Positions 25,601 to 34,600 of a stretch of 64,000 nt of DNA are shown one piece after another (the stretch's first letter is position 1; each line of letters begins with the position of its first letter). Under the pieces are notes generated by a model that did not search any database, was not told the DNA's origin, and worked only from the letters and a program-made list of their open reading frames with translations. The stretch covers positions 123,010,001-123,074,000 of the forward strand of contig NC_087436.1 of the NCBI RefSeq assembly GCF_036321535.1, in the 5' to 3' direction. A program made the position numbers and the translations under genes. Source of the DNA: Camelus dromedarius. Its lineage: Eukaryota.

Positions 25601-28600
25601 AATTCGCGAAGTATGTTGGTGTCACACTGTGGGAGGGGGACAGGAGGGGTCAGGGTGTGTGGTGTGCATACAGGTGCAGCGTGGTTGACGCTGCTGGGGC
25701 CCTGGGAAGACTGAACTCTGACCCCCAGAGTTCTGTAAGGAGTCACACAGGGGCAGCGCCAGGCCGGGGCCTGCGTGCGGTGAAGGCTCAGGAGGAGGGG
25801 GCGGTGCCAGGAGACTGAGGGGTGTGTCTCATGTTTCTTTGTGCTGTTACTCTGTTAAATGTCACCACGCTCTTACCTCTTAGTGTTTTTTTTTCACATT
25901 GGCACGTCACACTTTGTTTTAAGTACCAACATGACAGAGACAAGAAGTGTGACGCCTCACCAGTGTCTTTGTTTTCCTTCCCCTGGGGGAAGATGGGCCC
26001 CAGAGCTTCAGCAGTTCTAGTGCACTCAGCCGTCCTTTCTGAAGACCAGGTGACGGGCAGCCACGAGGCAAACTAGGCAGGAGGCTGCGGCTGAACTGGA
26101 CACTGGTTAGGAGGCAGGCTTCTGACGAGCAATGAGTGTGGCCAGCGAAGTGGGAAGGGGGATTCCACTGGAGACCTGGAGTGTGTGAAAAGGAGGCATC
26201 TGGGCATCTAGCACTGAGAAATGGTTCATGTGGGCTCCAGAACTCAGGCGGCGTCTGGAGCAGCGTGAACACCAGGGCGTAGCAGCAGAGGCTTGGAAGC
26301 CGAGGCAGTGCTGGGAGGGGAGCCCGGGAGGGCTCCCAGGAGGTGCCGGGGGCCATGGACAGGTCCAGCCTGCTTTTATTCAGAGTCCAGGGAGAAGAGA
26401 TACAGCAAAAGCGGCGTGACCGAAGATTTTATTAAACTGATGAAAGACATCAAAGCACAGAGCCCAAAGCTCCGTGAACAGCATACGGGAGTTTTATAAA
26501 CGAAGAAAGGAAATGCCTCCCAAGTGTGCGGGGTTGAATCGCTGAGAACCAGAGAGGCCGCTTCATAGCGCCCTGCGGGGAGGGGGGGGCCTTCCCCTGA
26601 GGCGGGGGATCCGGAGTCACAGCGACGTCTTCCAGAAGCGCCGGGAGGAGAACTTTGCCAGCTTGGAAGTGTCTCCCCTGAAATGGTTCTTCAGAAACGG
26701 AGGTCAGTCAGAGCTGTTTTCAGACAGATGAGAGATGCTGGCAGCGCGTGAATCAGGTGGACATGAGCCCGTGTCCAGGGCTGGGAAGAATTACAGGCTG
26801 AGAGGAGAACGAGCCTGCCGAGAGTGGCAGAAGGCCCCCGGCGCAGAGTCTGGGTGGACGGGAGGGCCGGGGCAGCCACGGGAGCTCGGGGTTCTTTTCT
26901 CCGGTGCCGAGATCCAGCTTCCACACTGTGGTGTCCCCGCCACGGCCATGCTGCCACGCTGGGGCCCGTCACGTCCGCTCGGGCCTCAGCATGAGGAGTG
27001 GCTGCCTCTGGGGTGCAGCCCAGACACGGGGCCCTTCTCGGGCTCTGGAAAGAGACCGTGTTTTCATCTGAACGGACGGGTGCCTGGAGTGTGAGCTTGC
27101 TGAGGTGCACTTGTGGGCTTGTTCCTCACCATGCCTGTCACGCCTGCAAAAATTGATGAAATGGCTAAAAAGAAAGCCTGACACAGGAAAGGGGGTGCTC
27201 CGCAGGCAGCTGAAGGAGGACAGTCGGAGAGGAGACTTAGGCCGTCGCACTGTCCACCGGGGGTGGCTACTCCGAGCTGGTGTGAGTGGGCACACCGGCC
27301 ATCCTGTCCCAGCAGGAGCCCCTCAGGGTCTGTCCAGCCTCTGAGATGCAGGCCCCTCAGGGGCGGTGGGGGCTGCCCCTCTGTTCACAGACCGCATTGT
27401 TTCCTCACTGCCAGCTGGGCGGGTGGGCCTGGCCTGGGGGCCATCTCCGGGGGGGGGGGGGCGGTGGGCGGGCCCCTGCCTGGTGCCTGCAGTGCCTGGA
27501 GTCGCCCGCTACTCTGTGTTGATGGGCCCCTCCCCGGGCCCTCACTGGACACTGGACCCTCTGCCAGCCTAGCTGCCGCCCTTCCACCTGCTGCCCCTGC
27601 TGTGTCAGCATCTTGCTGTGTGTGCCTGGCCTGGTCAGAAGCAGGCCTTCGGCCAGGAGCAAGAGGACAGGGGGGCACCCGCCCTCGCCAAGACCCCGTG
27701 GTTCCCCTCCTTGCGCAGAGGTGGCCGTGCCCGTGACTGCGGCGGGACATCACGTGTTAAGATCACACTTGCTCACATGTCCCACCTTGTGAGTCGAGGG
27801 ACGTGGGGACACCTGCCGTGGCCTCACCCGCCAACCAGACCGTGGGTGCAGCCCCGCCTTCCCCCGGGGGCCGCACAGAGGACAGCAGGGCCCCTCTGAC
27901 ACCTCAGACCCTCCAGAGCCTGTTGTCCCTCTTTTGTGTGTCTTTTTCTGTTGCTTTGCTGTTTTTATACACACAGAACAGTAAGTCGTGCACGTAGACT
28001 TAGGCGGCTTAAAATAAGAGAGCAGAAGGGATCCCACTGCCCCGCTGAGGAGCTGGGATTCGTTTACAGGGCTTGTGACGGTGTCACCAGAGGTGACCTT
28101 AGGAAATACGTGAAAGACCTTGGAGTTCCCTAGTGGGACGCAGAGCCACAGAATGAGGACAGTTCAATGAGACAGCAGCTGAGTGGCCACTGCCAGGCCA
28201 CCTGGGCGTCCCTCCCCACCTGTGCCCGGCCCCAGGTCGTTGCCCCAGGAGAGCCTTCGGACCCACCCCCCAGGGCCGGGGCTGCCCCGCGACCCACAGA
28301 GCACCCCGGCCACGCTGCCCTTGGAGTCGCACTTGCAGTGCGACAGGCAGAGTCCAAAGGGCGTGGTTTGTGGGCTTCTGTTAGTAGCTGGTGGTCTTGC
28401 TAAAGCGGATGGCACCGTATTTAAGGGAACGTGCATTTAAGTTCCCGGAGAGCCTGATTTGAACCACAGGACCTGAGGGGTGAGGAGTGAGGGCTCCCCT
28501 GACAGAGGGGCTGGGGGTCCAGTGTGGACGGGCCCTGCAGCGCACAGATCCCCGCAGGCCCCTCCGACCCTCTGCCTGGTGGCAGCTTGAACGTGCAGAG

Positions 28601-31600
28601 CGTGAGGTGCAGAGCGCATGGCCCCATCCCACACTCGTTCCCTGGTGAGTGTTGGGGTGACCTCTGAAGTGCCCATGGTCCTTCCTAACCGTACCTGGGC
28701 TCCCACTGCAGGTACGACCTAGATGCTTGTGACATTCAGGAGAAGTACCCGGACTTGTTCCAAGTGAACCTGGAGGTGGAGGTGGAGCCTAGAGACAGGC
28801 CCAGCCGGGAGGCCCCCCCCTGGGAGAGTGCAAACATGCGGGGGCTGAACCCCAAAATCCTATTTTCCAGCCGGGAGGAGCAGCAAGACATTCTGTCCAA
28901 GTTTGGTAAGATCCTTGTTTTGCAGGTGCTCTCACAGGGCACAGATTGTTCTTGCAGTCTTCTCGCGAGGCCGCAGTCCCGGCCAGGGGGTCATCGTGGG
29001 CCGGGGCCAGTTTGTTGTAACCCGGGAGGGTCAGGTTGGAGTTGCTTGCTGATTCAGAGGGTTCATTTCTGGACCTGCGTCCACTTTAAACGTGACCTGG
29101 AGAAGGGGAGGCATCAGTTGGGCCCATCTGAACACAGCAGGGCTGCCACACAGCGGAGGTTGTTCCTGTGACCTCCCCCCCAGCTGGGAAGTCTCATCCT
29201 ATTTCAGACCGTTTACCAAAAATCAGCGTGAAAAGCGTGTGGGTGGGTCGGACCTGGGACGTCATCTGGCCTGTCGCGTTCTCTTCGTGTTCTTGGTTTG
29301 CTTTTTTGTCTGTTTTTTTATGTGAGGACAGCTTAGTGTCCCTGAGGAGTGTGTGTGTGTGTGCATGGGTGTCAGGGCACGTGGCCCAGCGCTGAGATCC
29401 ACACTCGGGCTCCCTGGTTGCCGTGCAGGTTTCTGGTGGTCTGGGGGCACTTTGGCTCTGGACCGCGGCCCTGGAGCCCCGTGCTGGCTGCTGCCTGGGC
29501 CGGGCAGCCTGACACCCCCTCTCCCTGCAGGGAAGCCGGAGCTGCCCAGGCAGCCCGGCTCCGCCGCACAGTATGACGCCGAGGGGCCTCCCGACGCCGA
29601 GGCCCCGGGGTCGGAGTCTCCGCACAGCAGCAGCACAGACACCAACCACTTCCTGCACACGCTGGACTGGCGGGGTAGGCTAGGGCGTTCGGGGGGCGTC
29701 TGCTGCCCGTGTGCTGCGTGGCCCCCCCGCCGGCCCCTCGCTGTGAGTTGCAGCCATGCTGTTGTGGTCTTCTTTTCAGAGGACAAAGACTGTGTGATGA
29801 GCCCGGAAGGTCATCTCGCCAGGGAGGGGCCATCCATCGTGACTGAGGATGGACGTGAGAGCGAGCCGTCCGATGAGGAAGCCACCACGCTCTCGCCCGA
29901 GAGCGGGGACACAGCCGACGAGGACGCAGCCGGCCCAGCCACCCTGCCGGACGACAGTGTGGACCTCCTAGGGCTGCACTCTGAGATGGGGCCGGCGCCC
30001 CCCATGCAGGCCCACGGCGGCCCCCCCAGCAATGCGGACCTGCTTAGCTGCCTCCTGGGGGCCCCAGCAGCTGCTCTGGATGGCGCCCCAGGCGGGCTGC
30101 TCGACGGGGACCCACCTCTGCTCCTCACCAGCTCAGCCCCTTCCCCAAGCACAGGGACCACGCAGACCACCGCTCCCGAGGGGCCTGGCCCGGCCGGTAG
30201 GTGCTGCTAGGGGTCGTGGACCAGGAGGTCCCAGTGATTGCAGCTTACTGGGACCATGAGCTGTTGCGATCCCCCAGAGGAGCCCCTGAGGGTTGGGGTC
30301 AGCACTTCGCCCCAACTGCTTGGGGCTGCGGTTGCCATGGGAGGGCCCCCCTGGAGTGGGCACCCTGGGCTGGGGGCCTGCCTTGTGGGGCCTGTGCTCA
30401 GCCCACCTGCTTCTTGGTGCCTTCCACAGCTGATCCCTTTGACCCTCTTCTGCTGCCCTCTGACCTGGAAGCCCAGCCCCACCCCAAGCCTGACCTCTTT
30501 GGTGAATTTCTTAATTCGGACTCCACAGCTGCCCTGCCCACATCCTTCCCCTCCACCCACAGTGCCCCGCCCCCTGCCTGTAGCTCCAACTTCTTGCATC
30601 TGGGTAAGTGCAGCCTCCACACTCAGGCCTGGTGGCCAAGCTGTCAGCCAGGGGAGGTGGGCAGCATGGTCTCCTAGGCCTACCGGGCATGGCTCCAGGT
30701 CCTTCCGTCCCCAGGAAGAGGGTGCAGCCAGTGCGCACTCCATACCCTCTGCTGGATTTCAGCGGAGGTGGGAAGGCAGGTTCTAGGGGCGCCCATGCGT
30801 GGCCGTGAGTGTGTGTGTGTGGCCTGCCACGGTGGGACGGGGCGCTCTGAAGACCCTTTCAGATGAGGAATCTCAGACACTAGTCTCAGCATGGCCCTGG
30901 GGCTTCTCCATTTGCTGACCCCTACGTCCACTTGGTCAGTTCAGTGACCATGTGATGCGTCCTCAGCCCGTGAGAAGGGAGGCCCTGAGATGTGTGAGTA
31001 CAACCTGCCTGGGGCCTCACTGGGCCAGGAACACCTCAGGGACCACCTGCCTGCTGAGCTCAGTGCCTGGCCTCCAGCAGAGGCTCCAGCAGATGGGGCT
31101 TGTGGCCAGCCTGTCCCCCCCAGGCACCTAGGAGGCATGTGAAGGCCTCATGGCCACCCCCACCAAGGACACCCATGTAGTGCTGCTACCTTCCAGGGGA
31201 TCTGCCAGCAGAGCCCAGCAGGACGACGGCCTCTGCCCCCAACCCGGACCTGCTGGGAGGGTGGGACGCCTGGGCCGAGGCTCCGGTCCCCACGCCCGCG
31301 CCAGCTGCAGAAGGTACGACTCTGGCGTCATCGCAGCCCTCCCCCAGGAGAGCAGGGAGGGGCGCGGTCGTCCCAGGCCCTCTACGCGGCCCCTGTGCCC
31401 ATCCCACCTCTCCACGTCTGCCCTGCTTTCTGTACAGCCTCATCTGGTCCTGTTGGCACATTTCCGGCAATGAGCTGCTGTCAGAGGCAGTCGCATTTAC
31501 AAGGCCTGTGACACGTGTTCCTGCCTGGGTATCATCCGTTAACGGGATGATGACTTCAAGGACGCTATTTTGCCAATTTGATAGGCCGCGGTTCTTTTAG

Positions 31601-34600
31601 ATTTGCTTTTTTTTTTTTTCATTATGAGTGAGATGGTCTGTTGTTTTGTACGTTTTGGGTTACTTTATATTTTTTGAAAACTATTTCTTGTTTCTTAGTC
31701 ATTTTTTTCCATAGGAAGTTCATCTTTTTCCTATTAATTTGTGAGAGCTCTTTGCACGTGAGTGGCCGTCGCTTATAATGACCTTACAGTTGACTCTTGA
31801 ACAACGTGGGGTCAGGGGTGCTGACCCCCACACAGTCGAAAATCCACACCCTGCTTTCTCTGCCCCAGAATAAAGGAGTTGGTGACTGGCTCTCCCATGG
31901 GCGGGCAGCTGCACGGTCTGGACAGCACCAGAAGCAGAGCCCGAGTCTGTTGATCCCATGTGTTGAGAGCTCTAATCAGACACAAGCTGTCCCCCACATG
32001 CAGTTAACGCAAAGGCTGTAAACTAGGCACTGTGGAGGTGCTGTGGTTACTGAAAAAAGCCCGCCTGAGGGTGGGCCCAGCCTTGTTCAGGGCTGGCTGT
32101 GCTGTTCCCACAGGTGGTAGTCCAGTGACTGGCTTGGCTGTGTCAGTCTTTTGTACTCAGAATCGTGACCGCACTGCGGGAGACTCCAGGGGGCGCTGCA
32201 GACCCAGGACAGCTGGTGTGGGTCGCCAGGTCCTCCCCTTGGCCACCTGGGCTCGGGCTGTCCATGTGGCCATGTCCTGAGTGTGTGCTGCCGCCATGGA
32301 GCGAGGCCTTTAGGAGCGAGAGGCAGCACAGAGGCTGCCTCCACTGCAGCGGTCCTGATGCCTTGTCTCCTCCAGGCCCCTTCTTCTCTTCTGGAGCCCA
32401 GCCGGCCCCTCCTGGCCCCCCAGCCAGCCTGACCAAGTCTCAGAGCCAGGACCCGTTTGCTGACCTCGGTGACCTCAGTTCCGGCCTCCAAGGTACCCTG
32501 TGGGCCATGTCGAGCAGGAGGAGGGTGCTGGGGCTCTCGCAGGGGGTTGGGTCTGTCTACCCTCCCAGGGCGGACCTCCCCCGTTCACTGAGGCCCAGTG
32601 CAGTGACCCCAGAAGAGGCCCGTCTGCCTTGTCCCCGAAGCTCGTTACCAAGATGACACCAGGAGTTGTCAAAACCAGTGGGAGGCCTGGCCCTCCGTGG
32701 GCATCACCGTGAGCGGGGGCCACCTGGGAGCGGCCTCAGCACAGGAGTGTGGGGCAGCCCTGCCCTGCTCCAGGGGCAGGCAGAACCCCCTCTGGCAGCT
32801 TCCCCCTCTGAGAGGACATGTCAGGATGTTAGCTGTTTGGAGACCGTGAGCATCTGAGTGTCCCACGTGCCTGGCTGGTTGGGTGGCGTGTGGAATTCGA
32901 GGTGGAATTAGCATCTCTCCAGAACGCTTGTTGTCCAGGAACAGTCCTTTTTATTTAACAGTTTCCTGGTGTTTCAGGTTGTAGTGTCTCCCTGAGGGCA
33001 TTCCTGGAAGTTTGGGTTTGTCCTTGTCTTCCTGCCTCTGTCTTGGGCTGTCTGAGTGCAGGGTGGGGCCACCCTGAGCCTCCTGGGTGCAGCCTGTGGA
33101 GCAAGGGGCTTCTTGGGGTCTGGGGCGCCCGTTCTCAGGATGGAGCCCAGCCCTCAGCTCTGCACTGAGACCCAAGACCTCCATCACACCCGGCGGAGAG
33201 TGGGGTCCTGCACGAAGCTGCTGGAACCAAGGGGAGAAACATGCAAACTTGGGTTCTAGGTGGAGCCCTCAGCATTCCTCTGTCAGCAAAGATGGAGCCA
33301 CCAGACAGTGAGTCAGCGAGGCTGTGGGAGCCAAGAGCCAGCAGGACTGTGGACTCTCACAGGACACTGCCCAACGGCAGCAGGACACATCCTGCACCCA
33401 CCAGCCACCAAGAAATGTCCCGTCCTGGTCCATGGACAGTCCTCAGCAAGTGTACAGGAGTTGAAGTCATGCACACCACGTCATTCTGCTTGGAGTCAGG
33501 CTCAGAGTCAGCAGCAGCAAGATAACTGAAAGCTGTTCAGACTGTTAGGAACTGAACAACACGCTTCTGAGAACATAGGGTTACTTAGAAGCCTCAAGGG
33601 AAATAAAGCAGTGCATCACACAGACGGAAAATGAAAACATGGCGCGTCAAAACGGGGGACACGTGGTGTCCAGTGTACATTTGGGGAATGTTGTGCGTTC
33701 TCACCTGAAGATGTTTGGAAAGGAAAGGAAATAAACTCAAAGCAAGCAGGAGGGTGGTGATAAAGAGCCCACATCAATGAAGTGGAAAATGTAAACTAGA
33801 GAAGGTGGACTAAGCAAAAACTGGTTCTTTGAGAATATCAGTAAAATTGGCAAATGTTTGCTAAGATGCATGAAAGTAGGGAGGTTGGCACAACGTGCCC
33901 ACAGACCCTGGAGGGCACGAAGGGACTCGGCCGCGCAGCCGCGGCACCGGCCTTGGCGCAGGTGAGGTGGGTGGGTTCTGCAGCAGATGCCCTGCCTGGT
34001 GGGCGGGGCGAGTAGGCCTGTAGCCATGAGAAGATGAGCTCTAGCTCGTCGTTAGACGCCTCCCGAAAAGGAAATCTTCAGTCCCGGGTGCTTCCATTGG
34101 AGAGTTCCACCAAGTGTTTAAAGGACTCATACCAACCTCACACACCCTTTTCCAGGAAATAGGAGGAGACGTTTTCCGGTTGGTTTCACGAAGCTGGTAT
34201 TACTCAGAAACCAAAACCAGACAGAGACGGTACAAGAGAAAACTTCAGTGTCCCTCACGAATATAGACACGAAAGTCGAACAGCAAATCGGCCGCAAGGA
34301 GCATTCATCAGCATGGACAGAATCACACACCACAGCCAAGTGGGATTTGTTCCAGGAAGTGAGGCACCTTCAGCATTCCAGAACCAGTTAACAGAATCCA
34401 CACAAGAACTGGCCAGAGTAGGGGCATCGTGTGGTCACATCCGTGTGCAGGACAGGCCGCGGACAGAGTTCAGCACCTAGTTGTCGGTGGACACCCCCCA
34501 CAGACGAGTGGCGGGAGAGCTTAGGAGCAGTGCCTCCAGTACCCTGCAGCCAGCCTCGCGCTTGGCTTTGGAAGACCGCGAGCTGCCCTTGGTGCCAGCT

